NCBI GenBank assembly: GCA_038087875.1
Contig: JAXLNO010005446.1
Location: forward strand, 1-64,000
Source: Malacoraja senta
Taxonomy: Eukaryota
Length of the DNA stretch: 64,000 nt
Direction: 5' to 3'
Position 1 is the first letter of the stretch. Every line of letters begins with the position of its first letter. Positions 11,041-22,534 of the stretch are shown here, piece by piece. The notes beneath the pieces are model-generated. The model searched no databases. It was not told the origin of the DNA and worked only from the letters and a program-made list of their open reading frames with translations. Made by a program: the position numbers and the translations under genes.

Positions 11041-11266
11041 ATGCATGAATATCGCCTCTGGCCCTTAAGAAACATAGAGCAAGGTACAATACAACACATG
11101 AACAGGTCCTTCAACCCACAATGTCTGTGCGGGTACAAGAACGCCAAGTTAAACTGATCTAACCTGCCTGTACATGATTCATATCCCTCTTTTCCTGCCT
11201 CTCCATCTGCCTATCTAAAAGCCTCAAAGACACGGTCATGATTGAACCCGGGTCTCAGGCACTGTA

Positions 11267-11502
11267 AAGGGCCTGTCCCACTTGGTGATCTTTTTCGGCG
11301 ACTGCCGGCGTCATATCAGGGTCGCCAAAAGATTTTGAACATTTCAAAACCCAGCGGCGACAAAAACAACGTCGCCACGCTCGAGGAAACACCGCGCGTC
11401 AGTCAATACGTCGTCATGCCGCGATTTTTTTCGGTGACCCGATGCGTCAGTCAGTGATGCCGGCAGTCGCCGAAAAAATCGGCCAAGAGGGACAGGCCCC
11501 TT
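11267..11502. mobile_element. MITE with AAGGGCCTGTCCCACTT terminal inverted repeats
   Basis: aagggcctgtcccacttgg at 11267 and ccaagagggacaggcccctt ending at 11502; the same TIR occurs at about 35343, 41783, 42750, 47876, 58538 and 61877. Confidence 0.75.
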
Positions 11503-12513
11503 GTGGAAGCAACACTGCCGTTATGCCACAGTGCCGCCCTCATTAGCCAGAGGCAAGTGACAAGGCAGTTCAATAACAGCTTTAAAAAGAGAGAGAAACA
11601 AGGAACTGCAGATACTGGATCACACCCACTGTCTCCGCCTCTTCCTTTCTTCTTCCCACCCCCCCCACCCCCACATCAGTCTGAAGCAAAGATCCTATAG
11701 CAAGCAAGATAGATCACTCGACCAAAAAGACGTAGTTCGGTCATGGGCAGATCGTGGGTAATTTTAGGCCCCAGTCTCCGCACCAAAGATCCCGTCATAG
11801 CGGAGCAAAGATAACTAGTGCGGAGACGGAAGCCGGTTAAGTAAAAATAAAAGTTCTTTGGGAAAAATCTTCTCATTTTCAGAATTATAATTTATTAATA
11901 ATAATAATAATAATAATACATTTTATTTATGGGCACCTTTCAAAAGTCTCAAGGACACCTTACAAAGTTTAACAAATAGTAGAGACATGTAAGCGGAATG
12001 AAATAAATAGTAAAGACATCACGAGTACACAAATTAAAGAGAGAATTCAATCCCAAAACAAAAATCAAAAACACAATATGGAAGAGAGAGCAGCGGCTGC
12101 TAAAGCGAGCGCCAGCGTCCACTCTCCCTTCCGGCAGCCATCTTGGACACAAAATAAAATATCATTTACACACAAAAATCATCCCCCCACAATGATTACC
12201 ACTGTGGGGGAAGGCACAATGTCCAGTCCCCAACCCCAGTTCACCCAAAGTCAGGCCTATTGAGGCCTCCACAGTTGCCTCTACGGAGGCCCGATGTTCC
12301 TGGCCGTTTTCACCGGGTGTTGTTGCCCCGGCGTCGGGAGAGTCCTCGCAACACAAACTGTCCCCCCGCAACGTTCTTCTTTTCGTGTCTTTGAAGCTGG
12401 TTGGCTATATGACAGTTTCCCATTCCTTTACACAGCCCACGTTCCGCTCCATTGCGTACTACACGTCAGCCCATTGCATTTAGAAGGAGTGATCTATCTA
12501 TAGGATCTTTGGT

Positions 12514-12541
12514 CTGAAGAAGGGTCTCGACCCGAAACGTC
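12514..12541 (+). ncRNA. Minimal type I hammerhead-ribozyme-like core in a Penelope-derived terminal repeat
   Basis: CTGAAGA-a-GGGTC-tc-GACCC-GAAA-cg-TC; identical or similar cores at 26196-26223, 28494-28521, 51453-51480, 51739-51766 and on the - strand near 55340-55370. Confidence 0.55.
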
Positions 12542-12764
12542 AACTCCTCTTTCCTTCGCTCCATAGATACTGCCTCACCAGCTGAAGGCTGAAGGTTCTA
12601 TCCTATGAAAGACCACATTTTTTGAAGAAAGTAGGAGAAATAATATTAAATCTGTGCATTGGAGGCAGTCGAATTTTTTAAAGTGTGAAATCACTAGAAG
12701 TCAGTCAGATTGTATCTGTTAAATGTTGATAAATTATAGGAGCATTAGGGCGGGACAGTGGAGC

Positions 12765-13090
12765 AAGGATATGGTGGCCCAGCGGTAGAGTTGCTGCCTC
12801 ACAGCGCCAGAGACCCGGGTTCGATCCTGTCTACGGGTGCTGTTTGTACAGAGTTTCTACGTTCTCCCTGCGACCGCGTGGGTTTTCTCCGGGTGCTCCG
12901 GTTTCCTCCTACACTTCAAAGACGTACAGGTTTGTAGGCTAATTAGCTGTGGCAAAATTGTCCCTAGTGTGTAGAATAGTGCTAGTGTAGGAGGATAGTC
13001 CCGAGTGTGTAGAATACTGCTAGTGTAGGGTGCTAGTGGTCACTGGTTGGCGTGGGCCGAACGGCCTGTTTCCGTGCTGTATCGCTACGG
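12765..13090 (+). mobile_element. V-SINE (HE1-like)
   Basis: GGTGGCCCAGCGGTAGAG box A, GGGTTCGATCC box B, V-domain, tail GGGCCGAACGGCCTGTTTCC. Confidence 0.88.
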
Positions 13091-13789
13091 CCATTAGGCC
13101 ATTCGGCTCATCAAGTCTACCCTGCCATTCAGTCACGGCTGATCTATCTTTCCATATCAACCCCAATTCTCCTGCCTTCTCCCCATAACCCCTGACACCC
13201 GTACAAATCAAGAATCTGTCAATCTCCGCCTTCAAAATACCCAATGACCCTCCCTCCACAGGACAAAGGATAAAGGCCATTTATTGTCACACACACCAAT
13301 TGGTGCAGTGAAATTTAAGTTAGCATGCAGCACACAAATAAGATCAAGGCAACACTATAGAATTGAACATAAAACACAGCCGTCTGTGGCAAAGAATTCC
13401 ACAGATTCGCCACCCTCTGACAAAAGAAATTCCTCCTCATCTTCGTTCTGAAAGTACGTCCCAAAGATAACGGATCATAAAAGTTAACCAGAGCGCACTT
13501 TACAGACAGGAATCTAGCAAACGGGGGGAGTCTGGGGAATGTAACGCTGAGGTTTACGCAGCTAATACTGGACTGTTGCCGCCTTGTATTTGTGGCTGCA
13601 TCATCCCAGGTCTCTTCCTTTACTTCCCAGATGTCAGTGCGCCACGTGAAGACACCCACCTTTGTGAAGACGTCACATCTTTGCCGAGCCCCGTCTCTTC
13701 AAATGTGTCGGAAGTTTAAAAACGTATCGCCCATTTGTACGCCAAATAAAATCCAGCGACCAGCCTCTCGAAGACCTCGTGGGCGGAAA

Positions 13790-14275
13790 TCCTGGGGGGG
13801 GGGGGGGGGACGGGCATGTCCCGACGCTGCTTTGAGAGGTGGGAGACAATCACCCCCCCCCCCCCCCATGTTTTGTAATCCGGACTTTATATCAGCCGCT
13901 TTCCAAGGGCTGAATCGGCCTTTTCGCGGGGCCTTTCATCTCCCGGCGCGGCTTAAAATCAAACCGCAGCATCGAGGCGATCGAGGCTCCCGATGTTGAA
14001 GCCCCCGCCGGCTGATGAAAGGCCCCACGATTCGGGGCGGACGAGGCTGCTGTCGCTGGAGTTCGGAGTGGGTCACCAACCAGGTCAGCTCCCGATGTTA
14101 CCGTCCACGGGGCCCGCGGCCGAAGCCTTGCGCGTGTGTGCACGCGCGCGTGCGCGGCCGCCAAGAAATAGTGTCCCCTGCATGTTTCGATAGCGATTTC
14201 CGTGCCTGCCAACGTGGTTGATTCCCGTCGACCACTTACTGAGAGGATCCGAATGACGACACAATGTTTTTTTCA
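13790..14275 (+). repeat. Unclassified GC-rich interspersed repeat
   Basis: Copies at 63660-64000(+), and at 24780-25079 plus 25451-25800(-), the latter split by a CR1. Confidence 0.75.
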
Positions 14276-14539
14276 ACTCCTTCCCCCGCCCCACTCGCTC
14301 GGACAAATGACGAACGTTCGACGAAAATCTGAACCGCTCGCTTTGTAATTTTACAGCTGGATAGCAACTAAATTCGAATCAGAAGAATTAATCTGCAGCA
14401 TGTTTTTTTTTTTAATCAAAAAATGTTCAATTATTAAAAACTAATATTGACTCTACAATAAAACAAACCAGAACCCAGCACCATAATACAATACAGACAA
14501 ATATCCTTAATAAAGTACTATACAACTGTGTTACACTCC

Positions 14540-14860
14540 TTATCGAGGATGCATTCAACACCCCGCGGAGCCCAGCGGTCCCGGAACTCCCCCGGGGTGC
14601 CCGTGGACAGGGCGTATTCCCTTTCTAACCCCACCCGGGCACGGACGTAACCTCGGAAAAGGGGGAGGGCAGCCGGCTCGGGCAGAGCCCTCCACCGCCC
14701 GGCCCTGCGATGGCCAGCTCGGCCAGGCCCAGGAGCAACCCAACCAGGACGTCTTCAGCCCTAACCTCTCCCCTGCGCACAGGGTGTCCAAAGATGAGGA
14801 CGGTGGGTGAAAAACGCAGCCAGAAGGCAAGGAGCAGCATGTTCGGCATCACCGGCAACG
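14540..14860 (-). mobile_element. Tx1/L1-clade LINE C-terminal fragment
   Basis: FWLRFSPTVLIFGHPVRRGEVRAEDVLVGLLLGLAELAI resembles the C-terminus of Tx1-type ORF2. Confidence 0.65.
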
Positions 14861-15279
14861 GTACTGTCCGATTCTCCTCCACCTCATTACGGACATTGGA
14901 CTCTCTTGCTGGAACTGTTAACGCTGCAATGCTGACAATTATACTCTGCACACTGTCTCGTTCCCTTTGCTCAACCTACCGTTTGGCCCGTTTGTATTTA
15001 TGCATAATATTAACCCATTTGGTTGGTAAGCATGCAAAAGAAAGCTTTCACTGTACATGCCACAATAATAAACCTCAAATGTCAAAAGAGAGAGAAAAAA
15101 AACTGTGCAATTAGAAGTCATCGATTTGAAATATCCAAGCTCCTGGAATCGTTCTTGTTAAAAAAAAACTCTCCAGAGCCAGCACATTCTTCCTCAGATA
15201 AGGGGCCCACCCATAAGGTCGTAAGGAAGAGGAGTAGAATCGGGCCATTCGGACAAATCAGGTCTACTCAGCCAATCGA

Positions 15280-16370
15280 TCGTGGCTGATCTATCTCCCT
15301 CCTAACCCCATTCTCCCGCCTTCTCCCCATAACCCCGGACACCCGCACTAATCAACTATCTATCTCTGCCATAAAAATATCCACTGACGTGGCCTCCACC
15401 ACGTCTGTGACAAAGAATTCCACAGATTCGCCACGTTCCGGGCAGGGACAACCCCGCCATCCCAGGGGTCAATCTCGTGAACCTACGCTGCACTGCCTCA
15501 ATCACAAGGATGTCCTTCCTCAAATTAGGAGACCAAAACTGTACACAATACTCCAGATGTGCTCACCGGAGCCCTGTACAACTGCAGAAGAACCTCTTTT
15601 ACTCCTATACTGAAATCCTCTTGTTATGAAGGCCAACATTCCTTTAGCTTTCTTCACTGCCTGCTGTACCTGCACCTGTCCTCTCCGTTTACGCAGCGTG
15701 ACAGCGGAGGCGCTCGCCTGACTAGCAGCTGGAACAGAAGAAGAACAGGAAGAGGCCCAGTGCTGTCAAAACCAGCGTTGGTCATTCCTGGGATCGTTCT
15801 TGTAAACCTCCTCGGGACCCTCTCCAGAGCCAGCACATCCTTCCTCAGATAAGGGGCCCTCAGGAGGTAGTGACCATAACATGGTCAGGTTTAATCTACA
15901 ATTGGAGAGGGAGAAGGGTAGATCGGAGGTGTCAGTGTTACAGTTGAATAAAGGGGACTATGGAGCCATGAGGGAGGAGCTGGCCAAAACCGACTGGAAA
16001 GGGAGGGATGACAGTGGAACAACAACGGCAGGTGTTTCTAGGAATAATACAGAAGGTGCAGGCTCAGTTCATTCCTAGGAGGAAGAAAGAATCCAGGGGG
16101 AGTAAGGGGCGACCGTGGCTGACAAGGGACGTCAGGGGCAGTAAAAAAATTAAAGAAGTACAAGGTAGCAAAGATGAGCGGGAAGCAAGAGGATTGGGTA
16201 ATGTTTAAAGAACAACAGAAGATAGATAACCACAAAGACAATATGGGAAGAAAAGATCAGGTACGAAGGTAAGCTAGCCAGGAATATAAAGGTGGATGGA
16301 CAGTAAAAGCTTCTTTAGGTATGTGGAGAGAAAAAAATGAGTTAAGACCAAAGTTGGACCCTTGAAGACC
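15280..16370. mobile_element. Mosaic of CR1-like fragments in both orientations
   Basis: CR1 3' UTR(-), RT pieces, and ORF2 mid-region LQLNKGDYGAMREELAKTDWK (+). Confidence 0.7.
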
Positions 16371-16769
16371 TCAGCTCCAACTTGTTTCCACGTTGCCTCA
16401 CTTTCTTCTTGTGAGTTTTGGAAGTTCCAAAGGTGGTGAAACAGTACATCATTGAATTCCTCCTCCATATCTTGTTACTACTCCTCTGCCAGCAGTCTCT
16501 GCTGGGGAACTTTTTTAAATCCCCCAATGTGAAGCAATTCTTTGTGTTAGCAAAACCACAACTTCCTCCCCCACGGCGCGTCATATTACCACCTAGCGTT
16601 TATCGCCCTGCAGCAGCTGACTGGAAGTGGCAACATCAGTAGGTAGAGTGGTAAAGAATGCTTGGTATGCTACCCTTCTCCAATCCGGCAGGAAGTGGTG
16701 GCCACGGTGGGGCAGCCAGCGGTAGAGTTGCACCTTACAGCGCCAGACACCCAGGTTCGATCCTGACTG

Positions 16770-17550
16770 TGGTGTAAGTAAGCATGCAGGTACAGCAGGC
16801 AGTGAAGAAAGCCAATGGCATGTTGACCTTCATAACAAGAAGAGCGGGGCAAAGAGGTCCTTCTGCAGTTGTACAGGGCCCAGGTGAGACCACACCTGGA
16901 GTATTGTGTGCAGTTTGGCATGTTGGCCTTCATAACAAGAGGAGTTGAGTATAGCAGCAAGGAGGTCCTTCTGCAGTTGTACAGGGCCCTGGTGAGACCA
17001 CACCTGGAGTATTGTGTGCAGTTTTGGTCCCCTAATTTGAGGAAGGACATTCTTGCTATTGAGGGAGCCCAGCGTAGGTTCACCAGGTTAATTCCCGGGG
17101 TGGCGGGACTGTCATATGCTGAGAGAATGGAGCAGCTGGGCTTGTACACGAGTTTAGAAGGATGAGAGGCGATCTCATTGAAACATATAAGATTGTTAAG
17201 GGCTTGGACACGCTAGAGGCAGGAAACATGTTCCCGATGTTGAGGGAGTCCAGAACCAGGGGCCACAGTTTAAGAATAAGGAGTAAGCCATTTAGAACGG
17301 AGACGAGGAAACACTTTTTCTCACAGAGAGTGGCGAGTCTGTGGAATTCTCTGCCTCAGAGGGTGGTGGAGGCCGGTTCTCTGGATACTTGCAAGAGAGA
17401 GCTAGATAGGGCTCTTAAAAATAGCAGTCAGGGGATATGGGGAGAAGGCAGGAACGGGGTACTGATTGGGGATGATCAGCCATGATCACATTGAATGGCG
17501 GTGCTGGCTCGAAGGGCCGAATGGCCTTTACTCCTGCATCTATTGTCTAT
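16770..17550 (+). mobile_element. CR1/HER1-like LINE with internal duplication
   Basis: ORFs 16869-17165 and 17162-17485; the [10 protein letters not shown] segment is present twice. Confidence 0.88.
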
Positions 17551-18149
17551 TGTCTGTCTGTCCAGAGTGTGTACGATCTCCCCTTGACTGCGTGGCTTTT
17601 CTCCGGGTGTTCCGGTTTCCTGTTGCCATGCTGTACTGTTCCATGTTCTATGAACAGCAGAGCAGACTCGATGGGCCAAATGGCCTAATTCTGCTCCTAG
17701 ATCTTTATTGTCCTATGTTTAAAAGCCGCCTGGAGATGAGTTGGCGGGGTCAACGAGAAATAAATCACAGTGTAACGTGATCCATGTACATATCTTGCCG
17801 TAAGCTATGCTAATTAAAATGTGGAGCCTACAATGAATATTAAAGGCGGACGTTGAAATAAGATAGCAAGGAAGCTATTGATAAACGGCATGCTTGTATT
17901 TCAAGCACTACATGAAACAGCGTGTAACAAAATACGGGGCTGAACCGACAAGAGTTCAAGAAGGAACTGCAGATGTTGGAAAATCGAAGGTAGACAAAAG
18001 TGCTGGAGAAACTCAGCGGGTGCAGCAGCAACGTTGCCTATTTCCTTCGCTCCATAGATGCTGCCTCGCCGACAAGGAAGAGATTCCTCAGTTACAAAGA
18101 GATAGGGCAGAATTAGGCCATTCGTCCCATTAAGTACCATCACAGTTCA

Positions 18150-18680
18150 ATCAATAGACAATAGGTGCAGGAGTAGGCCATTCGGCCCTTTGAGCCAGCA
18201 CCGCCATTCAATGTGATCCTGGCTGATCATCCCCAATCAGTACCCCGTTCCTGCCTTCTCCCCATATCCCCCGAATCCGCTATTTTTAAGAGCCCTATCT
18301 AGCTCTCTTTTGAAAGCATCCAGAGAACCGGCCTCCACCGCCCTCTGAGGCAGGGAATTCCACAGACTCACCACTCTCCGTGAGAAAAAGTGTTTCCTCG
18401 TCTCTGTTCTAAATGGCTTACTCCTTATTCTTAAACTGTGTGTGGCCCCTGGTTCTGGACTCCCCCAACATCGGGAACATGTTTCCTGCCTCTAGCGTGT
18501 CCAAGCCCTTAACAATCTTATATGTTTCAATGAGATGCCCTCTCATCCTAAACTCCAGAGTGTACAAGCCCAGCCGCTCCATTCTCTCAGCATATGACAG
18601 TCCCGCCATCCCGGGAATTAACCTGGTGAACCTACGCTGCGCTCCCTCAATAGCAAGAACGTCCTTCCTCAAATTAGGAT
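18150..18680 (-). mobile_element. CR1/HER1-like LINE 3' fragment
   Basis: ORF 18418-18672(-). Confidence 0.88.
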
Positions 18681-19343
18681 AGAAAAGTGCTGGAGAAACT
18701 CAGCGGGTGAGGCAGCATCTATGGAGCGAAGGAAATAGGCAACGTTTCGGGCCGAAACCCTTCTTCAGACTGAAGCAAGGTTTCGGCCTGAAACGTTGCC
18801 TATTTCCTTCGCTCCATAGATGCTGCCTCGCCGACAAGGAAGAGATTCCTCAGTTCCAAAGAGATAGGGCAGAATTAGGCCATTCGGCCCATTAAGTACC
18901 GTCGCAGTTCAATCCCGTTGTCCTACCCTTTAAGGTGGGGGGTCAAGGAAAGGGGGTTGACGTCGCGGGCCCCGTTTCCACCAATCTTTCCACAAGAAGC
19001 GACAAGACAGGCACCATCGTATGACTGACTGAACAACTTCTAATCTTGTGTGTCGTCTCGATAAGAAGAACCCTTTAAGTTGAAGGGGAAAAGTTTTAAT
19101 AGGAATCTGAGGGGTAACGTTTTCACACAAAGGGTGGTGGGTGTATGGAACGAGCTGCCGGAGGAGGTAGTTGAGGCTGGGACTATCCCAGCGTTTAAGA
19201 AACAGTTAGACAGGTGCATGGATAGGACAGGTTTGGAGGGATATGGACCAAACGCAGGCTGGTGGGACTAGTGTAGGTAGGACATGTCGGCCATTATGGG
19301 CAAGTTGGGCTGAAGGGCCTGTTTCCACGCTGTATCTCTATGA

Positions 19344-19580
19344 CACGGTGGCGCAGCGGTAGAGTTGCTGCCTTACAGTGAATGCAGCGCCAGAGACCCG
19401 GGTTCGATCCCGACTACGGGTGCTGTCTGTACGGAGTTTGCACGTTCTCCCCGTGACCCGCGTGGGTTTTCTCCGAGATCTTCGGTTTCCTCCCACACTC
19501 CAAAGACGTACAGGTTTCTAGGTGAATTGGCGATGAATGTTTTTTTTTAATTGTCCCTAGTGGGTGTGGGATAGTGTTAG
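19344..19580 (+). mobile_element. V-SINE (HE1-like)
   Basis: ACACGGTGGCGCAGCGGTAGAG...GGGTTCGATCC...V-domain. Confidence 0.9.
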
Positions 19581-19584
19581 CGTT

Positions 19585-20165
19585 TAAGAAAGAACTGCAG
19601 ATGCTGGAAAAATCGAAGGTAGACAAAAATGCTGGAGAAACTCAGCGGGTGAGGCAGCGTCTATGGAGCGAAGGAATAGGTGACATTTCGGGTCGAGTCC
19701 CTTCTTCAGACTGATGTGGGGTGGGGGGTGGGGCGGGAAGAAGAAAGGAAGAGGCGGAGACAGTGGGCTGTGGGAGAGCTGGGAAGGGGAGGGGAAGGAG
19801 GGAGAAAGCAGGGACTACCTGAAATTGGAGAAGTCAATGTTCGTACCGCTGGGGTGTAAACTACCCAAGCGAAATATGAGGTGCTGCCCCTCCAATTTGC
19901 GCTGGGCCTCACTCTGACAATGGAGGAGGCCCAGGCCAGAAAGGTGGGATTGGGAATGGGAGGGGGAGTTGAAGCGCTGGGCCACCGGGAGATCAGGTCG
20001 GTTAATGCGAAACCAGCGGAGGTGTTGGGCGAAGCGATCGCCGAGCCTGCGCTTGGTCTCACCGATGTAGAGCAGCTGACACCTAGAGCAGCGGATGCAA
20101 TAGATGAGGTTGGAGGAGGTGAACGCAGGTGAACCTCAGCCTCACCTGGAAAGACTGCTTGGGGC
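19585..20165 (-). mobile_element. Penelope-like element 3' end with terminal repeat
   Basis: Reverse complement of the GIY-YIG C-terminal region plus the TTTAAGAAAGAACTGCAGATGCTGG...CCCTTCTTCAGACTGA terminal module. Confidence 0.85.
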
Positions 20166-20274
20166 CTTGGATAAGATAGTGTTAATGTGCGGGGATCGCT
20201 GGGCCGAAGGGCCGGTTTCCGCGCTGTATCTCTAAACTAAACCAGACACAATAAAGACACTGATCGCATTACAT

Positions 20275-20280
20275 TTTATT
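20275..20280 (-). promoter_or_regulatory. Polyadenylation signal of WA
   Basis: AATAAA on the - strand 17 nt downstream of the WA stop codon. Confidence 0.7.
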
Positions 20281-20297
20281 TACAAGAAAAACAGGTT

Positions 20298-20367
20298 CTA
20301 TTCTGCATTTTCCTGTTTCAGGCCTTCAATTTTCATAATCCTTTGAACAGGGATTTCAGCCACGTTC
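20298..20367 (-). CDS. WA: WA (MHC W-category alpha chain) exon 5, cytoplasmic tail
   Basis: Acceptor gacattttctgcAG|; phase 2 matches exon 4; (R)NVAEIPVQRIMKIEGLKQENAE-TAG. Confidence 0.85.
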
Positions 20368-20499
20368 CTGCAGAAAATGTCAAATTAAAAGAGAAAATCT
20401 GGTTAGTCACGGAGCTAAACCATCGACCCACAGTCCTATCACAAATTTTGGTAGAGTCATGGATTTTGGTAGTCGGAGTAAAGGCGTAGACTAATTTCT

Positions 20500-21300
20500 A
20501 AATAGGGGAGAGAATCCAGAAATCGGATGTGCAAAGGGAATGCTGGTGCAGGATTCCCAAAAAGGTTAATCTGCAAGTTGGGAAAAGGGGAAGTACAACG
20601 GGATCTGGGGGGTCCTTGTACATCAGTCTATGAAAGTAAGCATGCAGGTACAGCAGGCAGTGAAGAAAGCCAATGGCATGTTGGCTTTTATAACAAGAGG
20701 AATCGAATATGGGAGCAAAGAGGTCCTTCTGCAGTTGTACAGGGCCCTGGTGAGACCACACCTGGAGTATTGTGTGCAGTTTTGGTCCCCTAATTTGAGG
20801 AAGAACATTCTTGCTATTGAGGGAGCGCAGCGTAGGTTCACCAGGTTAATTCCCGGGATGGCGGGACTGTCACATGCTGAGAGAATGGAGCGGCTGGGCT
20901 TGTACACTCTGGAGTTTAGAAGGATGAGAGGGTATCTCATTGAAACATATAAGATTGTTAAGGGCTTGGACACGCTAGAGGCAGGAAACATGTTCCCGAT
21001 GTTGGGGGAGTCCAGAACCAGGGGCCACACACAGTTTAAGAATAAGGAGTAAGCCATTTAGAACGGAGACGAGGAAACACTTTTCCACCCAGAGAGTGGT
21101 GAGTCTGTGGAATTCTCTGCCTCAGAGGGCGGTGGAGGCCGGTTCTCTGGATGCTTTCAAGAGAGAGCTAGATAGGGTTCTTAAAGAGAGCGGAGTCAGG
21201 GGATATGGGGAGAAGGCAGGAGAATGGGGTTGGGAGGGAGAGATAGATCAGCCGTGATTGAATGGTGGAGTAGACTTGATGGGCCGAATGGCCTAATTCT
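20500..21300 (+). mobile_element. CR1/HER1-like LINE in WA intron 4
   Basis: ORF 20630-21052. Confidence 0.9.
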
Positions 21301-21322
21301 GCTTATGGCCTTATGACCTTAC

Positions 21323-21434
21323 CTTTTGTGAATCTCTCTGCCCAAGTACAAGGTTACCAGTAGCCCAAGAACTCCCACAATAACTCCGACCACACAGACC
21401 GTGATCCCCGAGATGGGAGTTGGAGTCGACCGAT
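21323..21434 (-). CDS. WA: WA exon 4, connecting peptide and transmembrane helix
   Basis: Acceptor tttattctgcAG|; DRSTPTPISGITVCVVGVIVGVLGLLVTLYLGREIHK with the class II alpha C-x2-G-x3-G-x2-G pattern; donor AG|GTAAGG; 112 nt. Confidence 0.92.
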
Positions 21435-21669
21435 CTGCAGAATAAATCAAGGCGGCAAGTTAATTCCTTATTACTTGCGGTCTACATACCATTCGTCACA
21501 TGCAGTGCCATCCCTCAGGCCCAGCCCACTACGCCTTAGAGTCCTATCACAAATTTTGGTGGAGTTGTGGATTTTGGCAGTCGGGGTAAAGGCATAGACT
21601 ATTTTCTAAATGGGGAGAGAATCCAGAAATCGGATGTGCAAAGGGAATGCTGGTGCAGGATTAGGCCAT

Positions 21670-22290
21670 TCGTTTCCTCGTCTCCGTTCTAAATGGCCGA
21701 CCCCTTATTCTTAAACTGTGTGTGGCCCCTGGTTCTGGACTCCCCCAACGTCGGGAACATGTTTCCTGCCTCTAGCGTGTCCAAACCCTTAATAATCTTA
21801 AAAAGGATTTCGGCCCGAAACGTTGCCTATTTCCTTCGCTCCATAGATGTTGCTGCACCCGCTGAATTTCTCCAGCATTTTTTGTGTACCTTAATAATCT
21901 TATATGTTTCAATAGGATGCCCTCTCATCCTTCTAAACTCCAGAGTGTACAAGCCCAGCCGCTCCATTCTTTCAACATATGACAGACCCGCCATCCCGGG
22001 AATTAACCTGGTGAACCTACGCTGGGCTCCCTCAATAGCAAGAATGTCCTTCCTCAAATTAGGGGACCAAAACTGCACACAATACTCCAGGTGTGGTCTC
22101 ACTAGGGCCCTGTACAACTGCAGAAGGACCTCTTTGCTCCTATATTCGACTCCTCTTGTTATAAAGGCCAACATGCCATTGGCTTTCTTCACTGCCTGCT
22201 GTACCTGCATGCTTACTTTCATAGACTGATGTACAAGGACCCCCAGATCCCGTTGTACTTCCCCTTTTCCCAACTTGGCGCCATTTAGAT
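21670..22290 (-). mobile_element. CR1/HER1-like LINE with an inserted Penelope-derived mini element
   Basis: ORF 21827-22378(-); the insert at about 21800-21890 is flanked by duplicated cttaataatctta. Confidence 0.85.
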
Positions 22291-22534
22291 AGTAAATTGT
22301 GTCTGTCTTTTGTGTCTGCGGTATAACCAGCATCTGCAGTTTGTTTGTACAGACTTGATCGGATGTTGTTGGCTTCACCTTGTACTAAACGTTGCTCCCT
22401 TGTCATGTATCTCTGCACTGTAAACGGCTCGATTGTAATCGTGTATAGTCTTTCCGCCGGCTGGTTAGCACGCAACAAAAAGCTTTTCGCTGTACCTCGG
22501 TACACGTGACCACAAACCAAACCCAACCACTTAC

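Noticed and set aside
14625-15114. Overlapping ORFs of 108 and 134 aa as a host gene
   Set aside because: The minus-strand text matches a Tx1/L1-type ORF2 C-terminus; the plus ORF is its antisense shadow.
16418-16642. Plus-strand ORF with a signal-peptide-like stretch (FLLHILLLLLC)
   Set aside because: No ATG start, no suitable donor, and no downstream MHC-like exons on that strand.
19344-19420. tRNA-like sequences with A and B boxes (several copies)
   Set aside because: They are heads of V-SINEs, each followed by the V-domain; no complete cloverleaf.
20623-21057. Recurrent antisense ORFs of the type PLVLDSPNIGNMFPASSVSKPL...[18 protein letters not shown]
   Set aside because: They are the open antisense frame of the CR1 RT 3' end in every copy; no independent evidence of coding.
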